Translations under genes and position numbers: made by a program
DNA from: an uncultured Alphaproteobacteria bacterium
GTDB lineage: Bacteria; Pseudomonadota; Alphaproteobacteria; Rhizobiales; Xanthobacteraceae
Length of the DNA stretch: 64,000 nucleotides
Direction of reading: 5' to 3'
Assembly: GCA_963821975.1 (NCBI GenBank)
Contig: CAWGFV010000006.1
Span: forward strand, 38,392 to 102,391
Notes under the pieces: model-generated
The model's database searches: none
The model's input: only the letters and a program-made list of their open reading frames with translations
Told to the model about the DNA's origin: nothing
Shown here: piece by piece, positions 19,556-30,359 of the stretch
Layout of the letters: each line of letters starts with the position of its first letter
Position numbering within the stretch: position 1 is the stretch's first letter

Positions 19556-19915
19556 ATGAGCAAAACCATCCGAACCCGGCGGATCGTCGCGCTGATCGCG
19601 GCCTATGTGGTCGCGCTGCAGGCCTTGCTGCTGCCGCTCTCGACGGCGGCCGCGAGCCCCTTTAAGACAAAACTGTGTGCCACGGCCGAGTCGGCAGACG
19701 GCGCGCCGCGGCCGGCCGGTCACGAGAGCGGCTACCCCTGTGCCGCCGGCTGCGGGGTGCAATGCTGCGCGCAGACATTTGTCGGCCCGGCGCAAATCAT
19801 GGTCACGCGCGGCGTGACCGCTGCCGTCACGGTGACACTGGCGCCCGCGCTCGAGCCGGTTGTGCTCTTGGCCGATCGCGGTCCGCAAATCCCGCGCGCG
19901 CCGCCCGCAGTCTGA
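19556..19915 (+). CDS. Cys-rich DUF2946-like protein (copper-associated)
   Basis: N-terminal TM/signal RRIVALIAAYVVALQALLLPL and a Cys cluster CAAGCGVQCC. Sits directly upstream of the PCuAC gene. Confidence 0.45.
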   Translation: MSKTIRTRRIVALIAAYVVALQALLLPLSTAAASPFKTKLCATAESADGAPRPAGHESGYPCAAGCGVQCCAQTFVGPAQIMVTRGVTAAVTVTLAPALEPVVLLADRGPQIPRAPPAV

Positions 19916-19998
19916 TTTTTCCGAACCTAATTTCCGCAAATCAAATTGCACGCCACGCTGAACGACAAGCGCGCGCTGCATCGTCAGGAGAATGAACT

Positions 19999-20508
19999 AT
20001 GACCCGGATTGCATTCATGATCATCGCCGCGCTGTCGGCCCCATTCGCCACGTCGCTGGCGTTCGCTCACGACTATACCGTCGGCGGTTTGAAGATCGAC
20101 CACCCTTGGGCGCGCGCCACGCCGAAAGGCGCCAGCGTCGGCGGCGGCTATATGAAGATTACCAACAACGGATCCGAACCCGACCGTCTGATTGGCGGTT
20201 CGACCGACATGGCGAAGAGCTTCGAAGTCCATGAGATGAAGATGGAGGGCGGCGTGATGAAAATGCGGCCGGTCGCCGGCGGCATCGAGATCAAGCCGGG
20301 CGAGACCGTCGCGCTCGACCCCAGCGGCTATCACGTGATGTTCGTCGGCCTGAAGGACCAGCTCAAGCAGGGCAGCCGTTTCAAGGCGACGCTGGATTTC
20401 GCCAAGGCCGGTAAGGTCGACGTCGACTTCGTGGTCGAGGGCATCGGCGCCAAGGCGCCCGCCGGCGATCACGACATGCCGGGCATGGGCGGCATGCAGA
20501 TGAAGTGA
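19999..20508 (+). CDS. periplasmic copper chaperone PCu(A)C
   Basis: Signal peptide. H(M)x10Mx21HxM-type motif: VHEMKMEGGVMKM...GYHVMFVGL. Met/His-rich C-terminal tail. Confidence 0.8.
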   Translation: MTRIAFMIIAALSAPFATSLAFAHDYTVGGLKIDHPWARATPKGASVGGGYMKITNNGSEPDRLIGGSTDMAKSFEVHEMKMEGGVMKMRPVAGGIEIKPGETVALDPSGYHVMFVGLKDQLKQGSRFKATLDFAKAGKVDVDFVVEGIGAKAPAGDHDMPGMGGMQMK

Positions 20509-20517
20509 CGGCCGTGA

Positions 20518-21099
20518 CTACCGCTCGGCGAACGCCAGTTCGGCGTCCGCCGGCGGCATCATGCGGAATACGTTGAGCGTCATCGAGATCATCACGTAAT
20601 AGCCGAGGATGCCGACCAGCTCGACCGTTGCCGCGTCGCCGAGGAAGGCGTGCACGCGCTTGTAGGTGCGGTCGCTGACGCGGTTGGTCTTGTACAGTTC
20701 GCGGATGAAGGCATAGATCGCGCGCTCGTCCTTGGGCGCTGATTTTGGCTCGCGCCCCGCGCGCAGGTCCGTGATCGTCTTTGTCTTCACGCCGGCCTTT
20801 TCGGCCATCGGCGCGTGCGCGAACCATTCGTATTGCGCCTTCCACAGCCGCGCCGTGCACAAAATGGCGAATTCCGACAGCCGCGGCGGCAGCGCCGTCT
20901 TGTAACGGCAATGGCCGCCCAGCGCCTGCGCCAGATGGCCGAATTCCGGCGCATGCAGCCAGACCGCAAAGGGCCCGCGGGGGGTGACCGACTTGCCGCG
21001 CGGTCCGGAGCGGATCGCCTCGAGAAGCGCGCGTTGGGCATCGTTCATATGCGCTTCGTCGAGGACGGGCAGGCGTGGCGAGGGACGCTTAGCGGGCAT
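20518..21099 (-). CDS. carboxymuconolactone decarboxylase (AhpD-like) family protein
   Basis: MPAKRPSPRLPVLDEAHMNDAQRALLEAI... CMD-family architecture. Internal ATG at 21099. Confidence 0.65.
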   Translation of the reverse strand: MPAKRPSPRLPVLDEAHMNDAQRALLEAIRSGPRGKSVTPRGPFAVWLHAPEFGHLAQALGGHCRYKTALPPRLSEFAILCTARLWKAQYEWFAHAPMAEKAGVKTKTITDLRAGREPKSAPKDERAIYAFIRELYKTNRVSDRTYKRVHAFLGDAATVELVGILGYYVMISMTLNVFRMMPPADAELAFAER

Positions 21100-21314
21100 G
21101 GGAGTTTCCTTGTGGGGCAGGACGGCGGAAGGGTGCGGGCGTGACGGGGGATGCAGGCTTTGCTCAGTATAGCGCAAAGCCCGCTGAAAATTCACAACCC
21201 GCGAGGGCGCACGCCATGGTTGGCCATCGACTTCAGATACTCACCGCCACGCTTGGCCTGACATTGCTCGCCGTCGATCAGTTCGCTTGAATTATTGGCG
21301 TCGTCGTAATCCGG

Positions 21315-21680
21315 CTACTGCACCGCCGCCGTCACCCGGATCAGGCCGCGGCCGAGCATGTGCAGCTCTTTGGCGGCGGCCAATGACAGATCGATGACGC
21401 GGCCTTTGCTGAAAGGCCCGCGATCGTTGACGATGACCACGACGCTGCGGTGGCTTCTGGGGTCGGTGACGCGCACGCGTGTGCCGAACGGCAGCGTGCG
21501 GTGCGCGCAGGTGAATTTGTTCGGATCGTAACGCGCGCCGGAGGCGGTCAGCCCCCGATAGTCTTTGCTATAATAGGCGGCGACGCCGGAAATTTGCTTG
21601 CCGCTCTGCGCCAGCGTTGGACCGCATGCAAATGAGCACACCAGCGCCAGGCCGGCCGTCGCCAAACTCTTCCACGCCAT
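21315..21680 (-). CDS. rlpA: septal ring lytic transglycosylase RlpA family (DPBB domain) protein
   Basis: Signal peptide, then GVAAYYSKDYRGLTASGARYDPNKFTCAHRTLPFGTRVRVT...VVVIVNDRGPF. Confidence 0.8.
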   Translation of the reverse strand: MAWKSLATAGLALVCSFACGPTLAQSGKQISGVAAYYSKDYRGLTASGARYDPNKFTCAHRTLPFGTRVRVTDPRSHRSVVVIVNDRGPFSKGRVIDLSLAAAKELHMLGRGLIRVTAAVQ

Positions 21681-21752
21681 TTGCCGTTCCACCCCTCGAT
21701 TCGCGCCGTCCATCGATAAAAGCAACCGGCGGCTAAAGTGTGACCGCGCACC

Positions 21753-22280
21753 TCACATCTTAGGATTTCGCCGCGCGGCCGGAGGTGCGCCGTTGCACCG
21801 TCGCGCGATGGGCGGCGGCGCGCGGCTTGCGCGGCGGCCAGCGGCGCCGCGGCTGTCGAGGTGGCGCGCCGTCAATTCGACGCGGGCGCGGCATTCCTCG
21901 TGCAGTTCCGCCAGTTCTTCGTCGCTGAGGTCCTCGATGTCCGCAAATTTGTTCTGCGCGCCATCCATCGCCAGCACGAGTTCCGACAGCTTGAGCTGAA
22001 TCGCCAGCGTGTCGCGGTTCTGCGTGTTCTGGATCAGGAACACCATCAGGAAGGTGACGATGGTGGTTCCGGTGTTGATGACCAATTGCCAAGTGTCGCT
22101 GTAATGGAAGATCGGCCCGGTAACGATCCACACCAGCACCACGGCCGCCGCCAGCAGGAAGGCGAATGGGTGGCCGGTCCACAGCGCGGTCGCCTGCGCG
22201 AATTTGGCAAAGCGCCCGGCGAGGGTGGACGAGCCGTTCGGCCGCGCGCGCGTGGCGGTATGGGTCGATGTCTGAGTCAT
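21753..22280 (-). CDS. low-affinity iron permease (Fet4-like) family protein
   Basis: FAKFAQATALWTGHPFAF...DTWQLVINTGTTIVTFLMVFLIQNTQNRD...LKLSELV. Start ATG at 22280. Confidence 0.75.
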   Translation of the reverse strand: MTQTSTHTATRARPNGSSTLAGRFAKFAQATALWTGHPFAFLLAAAVVLVWIVTGPIFHYSDTWQLVINTGTTIVTFLMVFLIQNTQNRDTLAIQLKLSELVLAMDGAQNKFADIEDLSDEELAELHEECRARVELTARHLDSRGAAGRRASRAPPPIARRCNGAPPAARRNPKM

Positions 22281-22453
22281 AAATCCCCAGAGGCCGCGCA
22301 CCGGCCGCGAAGCGCGGAGGCGCACACCGGTCAACGCGCGGTCCGGTTCCGCGGTTCCATGGTGCAGCACCGATCGCGGCGGCGCGTCCACACAGGGACA
22401 CAACGCGCTGAAATCGTGGATGTTTCCCATATCCCGCCAGAAGACGTTAAAAA

Positions 22454-22483
22454 ACATATTGCAATTACAATATATGTTGTAAT
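22454..22483. promoter_or_regulatory. AT-rich nested palindromes (ACATAT..ATATGT; ATTACAA-N6-TTGTAAT) in a divergent promoter region
   Basis: Read directly. An isolated AT-rich 30-40 bp island between the Fet4-like permease (-) and the SQR gene (+). Confidence 0.3.
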
Positions 22484-22567
22484 TTGATCGTCCGTCCGGC
22501 CGAAGCGCCGGCACGAATCGGCGCCGCTTGGGCGCTCAACAAGAAGCAAACCAGGGAGCAATAGCCT

Positions 22568-23812
22568 ATGCCGAACGGGCATCATCAGGTTCTCATCGTC
22601 GGCGGCGGCACCGCCGGCGTCACCGTCGCCGCGATTCTGCGCCGCCGCGGACGCGGCCTCGATATCGCGGTCGTCGAGCCGCAGCAGGAACATTATTACC
22701 AGCCCTCGCTCACGCTGGTCGGGGCGGGCGTTTATCCGCTGGCGAAGACGCATCGCCCGCAAGCAAGCGTGATGCCGTCCGGAGTCGCCTGGATCAACAG
22801 CGCGGCGAAGACGTTCGAGCCGGAAAAGAACACAGTGCGTCTGCTCAACGACGATACGCTCACCTACGATTACCTGGTGGTCTGCACCGGCGTGAAGCTG
22901 GATTGGAACAAGATCGCCGGCTTGAGCGACACGCTCGGGCGCAATGGCGTGTGCAGCAATTATTCGCCGACGACGGCGAGCTACACCTGGGATTGCGTGC
23001 AGGCGCTGAAAGCCGGCGACAAAGTGGTGTGCACTCAGCCGCCGCTGCCGTTCAAATGTCCGGGCGCGCCGCAGAAGATCGTCTACCTGATCGCCGACCG
23101 TTTGCGCCGCCGCGGCATCCTCAAGGACTGCAAGCTCGACCTGTTCACGCATGCGCCGGCTATCTTCGGCGTGCCCTATTTCGCGCGGGCGCTGGTCAAG
23201 GTCGCCGCGCGTTACGGCATTAACGTGCACTATCAGCAGAACCTGGTAGCGGTCGACGGCCCCGGCAAGCTCGCGACCTTCGAGTTCGCCGTCGACGCCC
23301 GCAAGGGCGAACGCGAAACCGTGCCCTTCGATCTGCTGCATGTTTCGCCGCCGCAGAGCCCGCACGACGAGATTAGATCAAGCCCGCTGGCCAATGCCGC
23401 CGGCTGGGTCGAGGTCAATCAGACCACGCTGCAGCACGTGCGCTGCGCCAACGTCTATTCGCTGGGCGACGTGTGCTCGACGCCGAACTCGAAGACCGCC
23501 GCGGCGGTGCGCAAGCAGGCGCCGGTCGTCGCCAACGAGATTCTGTCGGCCATCGCCGGCAAACTCGTTCCTGACGCTTACGACGGTTACGCGTCGTGCC
23601 CGCTGACCACAGCGATCGGCAAGACCATCCTCGCGGAGTTCTGCTACGGCGGCAAAGTCACGCCGACTCTGCCCCTGACGCCGTCCAAGGAGCGTTGGAT
23701 CGGCTGGTGGATCAAGCTCACCGGCCTGCCGCTGATGTATTGGCACTACATGCTCAAGGGCTACGTCTGGTTCCCCCGGCACAACACCGAGTTCAAGGAG
23801 GAGGCGCCCTAG
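22568..23812 (+). CDS. type II (SQRDL-like) sulfide:quinone oxidoreductase / FAD-dependent pyridine nucleotide-disulfide oxidoreductase
   Basis: VLIVGGGTAGVTVAA FAD site, FKCPGAPQK and YDGYASCPLTT cysteine contexts, LGDVCSTPNSKTAAA. Confidence 0.7.
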   Translation: MPNGHHQVLIVGGGTAGVTVAAILRRRGRGLDIAVVEPQQEHYYQPSLTLVGAGVYPLAKTHRPQASVMPSGVAWINSAAKTFEPEKNTVRLLNDDTLTYDYLVVCTGVKLDWNKIAGLSDTLGRNGVCSNYSPTTASYTWDCVQALKAGDKVVCTQPPLPFKCPGAPQKIVYLIADRLRRRGILKDCKLDLFTHAPAIFGVPYFARALVKVAARYGINVHYQQNLVAVDGPGKLATFEFAVDARKGERETVPFDLLHVSPPQSPHDEIRSSPLANAAGWVEVNQTTLQHVRCANVYSLGDVCSTPNSKTAAAVRKQAPVVANEILSAIAGKLVPDAYDGYASCPLTTAIGKTILAEFCYGGKVTPTLPLTPSKERWIGWWIKLTGLPLMYWHYMLKGYVWFPRHNTEFKEEAP

Positions 23813-23912
23813 GCGGATGCGGTCCGCGTGTCCCCCCGGCCGCGGAACATTTTTCCGGCCGTCGCGTTTTCTTGGCACGCGAATTCATCCGCAATAGATG
23901 AAAGGGAACACC

Positions 23913-24092
23913 ATGTTGGGTTGGGCCGTTACGTTTCTCATCATCGCCTTGATCGCCGCCGTGCTCGGGTTCGGTGGCATTGCCGGCGTGGCGATCGAAG
24001 CCGCTAAGATTGTGTTCTTCGTGGCGGTCGTCCTGTTCGCCATCGCCGCTTTGGTGGGGCTGGTACGAGGGCGCGCGCCGACTGTGCCGTAG
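23913..24092 (+). CDS. DUF1328 (UPF0391/YtjA-like) small membrane protein
   Basis: [25 protein letters not shown]..., a two-TM 59-aa protein. Confidence 0.7.
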   Translation: MLGWAVTFLIIALIAAVLGFGGIAGVAIEAAKIVFFVAVVLFAIAALVGLVRGRAPTVP

Positions 24093-24132
24093 CGTCGCGT
24101 AGCGTTGCGTCACGCGTCAACGTTCGAACGAA

Positions 24133-24166
24133 AGAGGCCCCGCGCGACGGCAGTCGCACGGGGCCT
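24133..24166 (-). terminator. hairpin terminator after the malic enzyme gene
   Basis: GAGGCCCCG...CGGGGCCTC stem with an inner GCGAC/GTCGC stem. Followed on the minus strand by TTTCGTT. Confidence 0.5.
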
Positions 24167-24184
24167 CGCCGTCTGTCAAAGCGC

Positions 24185-25834
<1,650 letters not shown>

Positions 25835-26035
25835 GGAAAGTACCCCAGCAGGATCGATGATGATGCGCAGGCACCGGCCGGACGTGGTGGTAAGCCGGTG
25901 TGCGTTCGGGTTTACGACCGAGAGCACGCGAGGAGTTCTAGCGACATCCGCGGCGGCTTCCCAGCAAATGGTGACGAGGACCTCGCACGATGTCGGTAGC
26001 CGGTTGTTGAGCTAGGTCAAACCGCGTGCGGCACG

Positions 26036-27283
26036 TCAGGCCTGCGCGCCTTGCCGCGCCGCAATCGCTTGTTCGGCGGCGGCGGTGCCGGTGAACCAGC
26101 CGCCATGCGCGGTCGAGAAATCGCCCTTCGAGCAGGCCTCGCCGGCGAAGAACAGGCGACCGTCGACGGCTGCGGCCAGCGCCGCGCGGGCATCCGCCTG
26201 ACCCAGTAGCGCATAGGAGTAGGATCCCTGCGCAAAAGGATCGGCGCCCCAGCGATGCATGGCAATCGGCTCGAGCCGCGCCGCAAAGCCGTTGCCGAAC
26301 AGCGATGCCAGTTCCGTGACGGCGAAATCGAAGAAGGCGCGCTCGCCGCCGGCCTCGAGTGCGGCCGCATGGCTGCCGCCGAAATAGACCTCGATCATCG
26401 GTCGGCCGAACGGACGGATCTGGTAGCTCGCCGTAGCCACGCGGTCGGTGTGCGCGAAGACGCGGCTGTTCGGCTCGAACTCCTCCGCGCCGGCAAGCGC
26501 GATGAACAGCTTGTCGGCAAGTCCGAGCGGCAGATTGCGCGCGGCTTCGATCTTGTCGGGCAGGGCGGGGAAGAACAAATCCTCCTGCGCGGCGAGCACG
26601 GCGGTCGGCAGCGTCACGATCGTTTGCTCGGCGGCGATGGTGCCTTTCGCGGTCTCGATCTTCAGTTTGCGTCCGCTGTGATCGATGCGCGTCACCGCGC
26701 AATCGAACGCCGTGCGCAGCTCCGCGCCGGCGGCGGCGATGGTCGCGCCAAGACCTTCGACGACGCTCCAGTTCACGCCGGAATCCTGGTAGTTGACGAA
26801 ATCACGGCCGGACACACGTGCGAACTCGGCGCCGCTGATATAGGTGCCGATCGCGGTGATCAGGGCGTTCCAGCGTCCGCCGCGCTCGAGCGCGTCGGCT
26901 GCGGCGACATCTTTGCCTTCGGCAAGCAAGGCCTCGAGACGGTCATGAAAGGTGTCGGAGGCTCTCCGAAATACCTCCTGGTCGGCGACGGAGAAGCGAA
27001 CCGGCAGTGAGGACCGCCCCCAGGGCGGGCGGGACTTGTCGATGGTGCGGCTTTGGCTCTCGGCAATTTTCGTCCATGGATTGCGGTCGGCCGAATGCAG
27101 CCAGCCGCAGCCAAGGTCGAGCGCGTAACCCGACGCATCGGTCATGGTCCAGGCCCGTCCGCCCAGACGGGCCCGCGCTTCGATGATTAGGCAATCGATG
27201 CCCGCCGCGCGCAGCCGCCGGCCGGCGGCGATGCCCGCCGCGCCGCCACCGATGATCGCGACTTCGACTTCGCTATTCGTCAT
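26036..27283 (-). CDS. flavin-containing amine oxidase family protein
   Basis: VAIIGGGAAGIAAGRRL dinucleotide fold, C-terminal LFFAGEACS...HGG. Confidence 0.75.
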   Translation of the reverse strand: MTNSEVEVAIIGGGAAGIAAGRRLRAAGIDCLIIEARARLGGRAWTMTDASGYALDLGCGWLHSADRNPWTKIAESQSRTIDKSRPPWGRSSLPVRFSVADQEVFRRASDTFHDRLEALLAEGKDVAAADALERGGRWNALITAIGTYISGAEFARVSGRDFVNYQDSGVNWSVVEGLGATIAAAGAELRTAFDCAVTRIDHSGRKLKIETAKGTIAAEQTIVTLPTAVLAAQEDLFFPALPDKIEAARNLPLGLADKLFIALAGAEEFEPNSRVFAHTDRVATASYQIRPFGRPMIEVYFGGSHAAALEAGGERAFFDFAVTELASLFGNGFAARLEPIAMHRWGADPFAQGSYSYALLGQADARAALAAAVDGRLFFAGEACSKGDFSTAHGGWFTGTAAAEQAIAARQGAQA

Positions 27284-27414
27284 GCGGGAATTTCATATTG
27301 TGATTACCGCGTCTTACGCAATTTCATGGGGGACTGTAAGCTGCAATCGTCCGGCGGGAAAAGCCCCAGGCAGTTTCGGCCGGCGCTTGACGCGCGGAAG
27401 AGGCGCGCTCGAAT

Positions 27415-28209
27415 GTGATGTTTGCATCGCGGTTCTTGCCTTGCCGGAGCGCTTATCCCATGTGGACCCCACGGACGGCCTTATCGCATTCGCAGCCCTT
27501 CAAGGTGCTGCGGGCATCGCTGGTCGCGGTATTCCTGCTCGGCGGCGACGCTTTCGCGCAGCCGGCAGTCGAGGCACGCAGCGGGGAGCCGCCCAATCTC
27601 GACGAACTTAAACAACAACTCCTCGTCTACCGAAATTCCGGCGACTATGAGCGCCAACTGGCGGCGGTGGCGGCAAAGGCGCAGGCCTATGTTGAGCGGC
27701 ATGCGGGTGAGGTGTCGCGCCCGGCGCTGGTGCTCGATATCGACGAAACCTCATTGTCGAATTGGCCGCGGATCGTCGCCGACGATTTCGGCTACATTCC
27801 GAGCGGCGCGTGCAACCGCTTGCCGAAAGGCCCTTGCGGTGCCAAAGCGTGGGAGCTCAAGGCGGGGGCGCCCGTCATCCAACCGACGTTGATGCTGTTC
27901 AACGCCTCGCGCGCCAAAGGCGTGAGCGTATTCTTCATCACCGGCCGCGACGAAAGCGAGCGGGCCGCGACGATCAGGAATCTTCACCGCGCCGGCTATC
28001 GTGGCTGGACCCGCCTCGTGATGAAGCCGATAGGTCTGGAAGTGAAATCCGCGGCCGATTTCAAGGCGCCGGAGCGGGCGAAGATCACGGCCGCTGGTTA
28101 TACGATCATCGCCAACATGGGCGATCAGCCGAGCGATCTCGCCGGCGGCAATCCCGACGATCGTGCGCGGCAGTTCCTGCTGCCCAATCCGTTTTATCGC
28201 ATTCCTTAG
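27415..28209 (+). CDS. HAD superfamily class B (plant-type) acid phosphatase, secreted
   Basis: VLDIDETSLSNW (DxDxT), FFITGRDE, GDQPSDL. Probable signal peptide. The true start may be ATG near 27460. Confidence 0.7.
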   Translation: MMFASRFLPCRSAYPMWTPRTALSHSQPFKVLRASLVAVFLLGGDAFAQPAVEARSGEPPNLDELKQQLLVYRNSGDYERQLAAVAAKAQAYVERHAGEVSRPALVLDIDETSLSNWPRIVADDFGYIPSGACNRLPKGPCGAKAWELKAGAPVIQPTLMLFNASRAKGVSVFFITGRDESERAATIRNLHRAGYRGWTRLVMKPIGLEVKSAADFKAPERAKITAAGYTIIANMGDQPSDLAGGNPDDRARQFLLPNPFYRIP

Positions 28210-28233
28210 TGAGATCGGGGCGCGGGGAGGCGA

Positions 28234-28776
28234 CTATTCCCCACCGCCGGCCATTACAGCGCGCGTCTGCTGGTCGGGCCCGAAATCCTCGGCGTCCTCG
28301 ATCGCCATCAGCTCGGCCAGCCGCGTGCGCGCGCGGTTGACGCGCGACTTGATGGTGCCGACCGCGCAGCCGCAGATATTGGCGGCTTCTTCGTAGGAAA
28401 ATCCCGAGGCGCCGACCAGGATAAGGGCCTCGCGCTGGTCGGCCGGCAATTGCGTCAGCGCCTCGCGGAATTCGCGGAACTCGACGCGGCCGTATTGTTC
28501 GGGCTGTGACTTCAGCGTCTCGGCATAGCGGCCTTCGCCGTCCTCGACCTCGCGCCGGCGCTTGCGATATTCCGAGCGGAAATGGTTGCGCAGGATGGTG
28601 AACAGCCATGCCGACATATTGGTGCCGGGCTGGAACGAGTTGATATTGGCGATCGCGCGCAGCATCGTCTCCTGCACCAGGTCGTCCGCGCGATCGACGT
28701 TCCCGCACAGCGAGATGGCGAATGCGCGGAGGCTTGGCACCGCACCCAGAACGGCTTTACGGACCTGCTCGTCCAT
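28234..28776 (-). CDS. ecfG: ECF sigma factor EcfG (general stress response)
   Basis: Sigma-70 regions 2 and 4 (DDLVQETMLRA..., EALILVGASGFSYEEAANICGCAVGTIKSRVNRAR). Sits downstream of nepR and divergent from phyR. Confidence 0.85.
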   Translation of the reverse strand: MDEQVRKAVLGAVPSLRAFAISLCGNVDRADDLVQETMLRAIANINSFQPGTNMSAWLFTILRNHFRSEYRKRRREVEDGEGRYAETLKSQPEQYGRVEFREFREALTQLPADQREALILVGASGFSYEEAANICGCAVGTIKSRVNRARTRLAELMAIEDAEDFGPDQQTRAVMAGGGE

Positions 28777-28779
28777 GCG

Positions 28780-29004
28780 TTACTGCCCGTCCTTGTTACC
28801 GTCGCCATTGATGCGATTGATCATTTCGGCGAACCGGTCGGGTACGCCCTGGTTCACCACGTCGTCGTACATCGAGCGCAGTTGCTGACCGAGCCGCGCC
28901 TGCACCTCGCGGCTGAGCTTGGCCGGCTTGGACCCGGGCTTACGGTTGCGGGTTTCCGCGGTTTCCATTGGTTTTTGTTGTCCCACGGGTTTGCGTTCGG
29001 TCAT
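28780..29004 (-). CDS. nepR: anti-sigma factor NepR
   Basis: 74 aa with LGQQLRSMYDDVVNQGVPDRFAEMINRI, a NepR-type motif, immediately upstream of ecfG. Confidence 0.75.
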   Translation of the reverse strand: MTERKPVGQQKPMETAETRNRKPGSKPAKLSREVQARLGQQLRSMYDDVVNQGVPDRFAEMINRINGDGNKDGQ

Positions 29005-29064
29005 CGATCAACCCCAAATCTCCTTGGCGAAGCCAGGCGCAGGTCCCCCTCTGCGTTCATGCGA

Positions 29065-29089
29065 AACCCCTGAATTGGTGGATGGTTCC
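29065..29089 (-). promoter_or_regulatory. candidate EcfG-type promoter for nepR-ecfG (GGAAC-N16-GGTT)
   Basis: Minus strand reads GGAAC catccaccaattcagg GGTT. The consensus from the literature is GGAAC-N16-17-CGTT. Lies 61 nt upstream of the nepR start. Confidence 0.35.
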
Positions 29090-29097
29090 ACGGAAAG

Positions 29098-29122
29098 GGA
29101 ACTTTTTTCCAGTGTCCTAGTT
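29098..29122 (+). promoter_or_regulatory. candidate EcfG-type promoter for phyR (GGAAC-N16-AGTT)
   Basis: GGAAC ttttttccagtgtcct AGTT on the plus strand. Its position argues that the real phyR start is downstream of ATG 29130. Confidence 0.35.
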
Positions 29123-29129
29123 AGGACAC

Positions 29130-30002
29130 TTGAGTACGCTTGATCGGAACGTTGGGGGCCTTGCCCGTCACGCCCAGGGCACATTGGTTCGGGAGGGATT
29201 ATTGTCGACATCTCAGACAGTTGCGCAGCACGTGCCTTATCTCCGGCGCTATGCCCGGGCACTTTCGGGCAGCCAGGCCTCGGGCGATGCTTATGTGGCG
29301 GCGACACTGGAGGCGCTGGTCCAGGACCCCAAAATTCTGGACACCACCGCATCGACTCGCATCGCGCTCTACCGGCTGTTCACCAAAATCTGGAATTCGG
29401 TCGCGCTCAACGGCAAACCCGGCGCGTCGGACAGTAACCAGCCGGTCGAACGGCATCTTGCTCAGATCGCGCCGATGCCGCGGCAGGCTTTTTTGCTGGT
29501 GGCGCTGGAAGGGCTATCGGAAGACGACGCCGCCAAAGTGCTCGATATCGATGTGCCGAAGCTGCGGGAGCTGGTCGAGGACTCGGGCCGCGAGCTAGCC
29601 GCCGAAATCGCCACCGACGTGCTGATCATCGAAGACGAGACCTTCATCGCACTCGATCTCGAGGGTCTGGTCGAAGGCCTCGGTCACCGCGTGCTCGGCG
29701 TCGCGCGCACCCATAGCGAGGCGACGGCGCTGGCCAAGGCCAAGCGGCCGGGCATCATCCTCGCCGACATCCAGTTGGCGGATGGCTCATCCGGGCTCGA
29801 CGCGGTGAACGAGATGCTGCGCTCGTTCGAGGTGCCGGTGATCTTCATCACCGCCTATCCCGAGCGCTTCCTCACAGGCGAGCGGCCGGAGCCGGCCTTC
29901 CTGATCGCTAAGCCGTTCCAGCCGGCGACGGTGTCGGCGGTGCTGAGCCAGGCGCTGTTCTTCGAGCGCAACGCCCGGCGGCGGGAGCGGAAGGCGAGCT
30001 AA
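29130..30002 (+). CDS. phyR: anti-anti-sigma response regulator PhyR
   Basis: Sigma-like N-domain (HVPYLRRYARALSGSQ...) plus C-terminal receiver (VLIIEDE...ILADIQLADG...). Likely true start is TTG 29202, preceded by GGGAGGG. Confidence 0.85.
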   Translation: MSTLDRNVGGLARHAQGTLVREGLLSTSQTVAQHVPYLRRYARALSGSQASGDAYVAATLEALVQDPKILDTTASTRIALYRLFTKIWNSVALNGKPGASDSNQPVERHLAQIAPMPRQAFLLVALEGLSEDDAAKVLDIDVPKLRELVEDSGRELAAEIATDVLIIEDETFIALDLEGLVEGLGHRVLGVARTHSEATALAKAKRPGIILADIQLADGSSGLDAVNEMLRSFEVPVIFITAYPERFLTGERPEPAFLIAKPFQPATVSAVLSQALFFERNARRRERKAS

Positions 30003-30007
30003 TTTGC

Positions 30008-30355
30008 TCAGTTGCCTTTACGGGCCAGAGCATGGCCGAGCATCACGGCTTCTACGAGCATGGCGATCTGCATGTCGCGCTGGCCGCTGAGCACCGGCGC
30101 GCTGGAACCGGCGGGTTTGCCGCGCGCGGCCCACACGATCGCTATGACAATGGCGACGGCGGCGTAAATCGTTCCCACGATCACACGCGCGTCCAGCGCG
30201 CCGTATCGCGTTTCTAGGGCGATCGTTCCGGCGAGGGTAAAGAAATAAAGTGCCACAACTGCCAGGGCCGAAACGATTACTGCGAGCAGGGCGCGGCGCA
30301 AAATGCGCCCAAATATATGGCCGAATGCGACGCCAGCGACGTCTTCTATCCGCAT
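30008..30355 (-). CDS. YqjE/phage-holin-family-like membrane protein
   Basis: 115 aa, two to three TM helices, located just downstream of the DUF883 gene (yqjD-yqjE-like arrangement). Confidence 0.5.
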   Translation of the reverse strand: MRIEDVAGVAFGHIFGRILRRALLAVIVSALAVVALYFFTLAGTIALETRYGALDARVIVGTIYAAVAIVIAIVWAARGKPAGSSAPVLSGQRDMQIAMLVEAVMLGHALARKGN

Positions 30356-30359
30356 GGGT

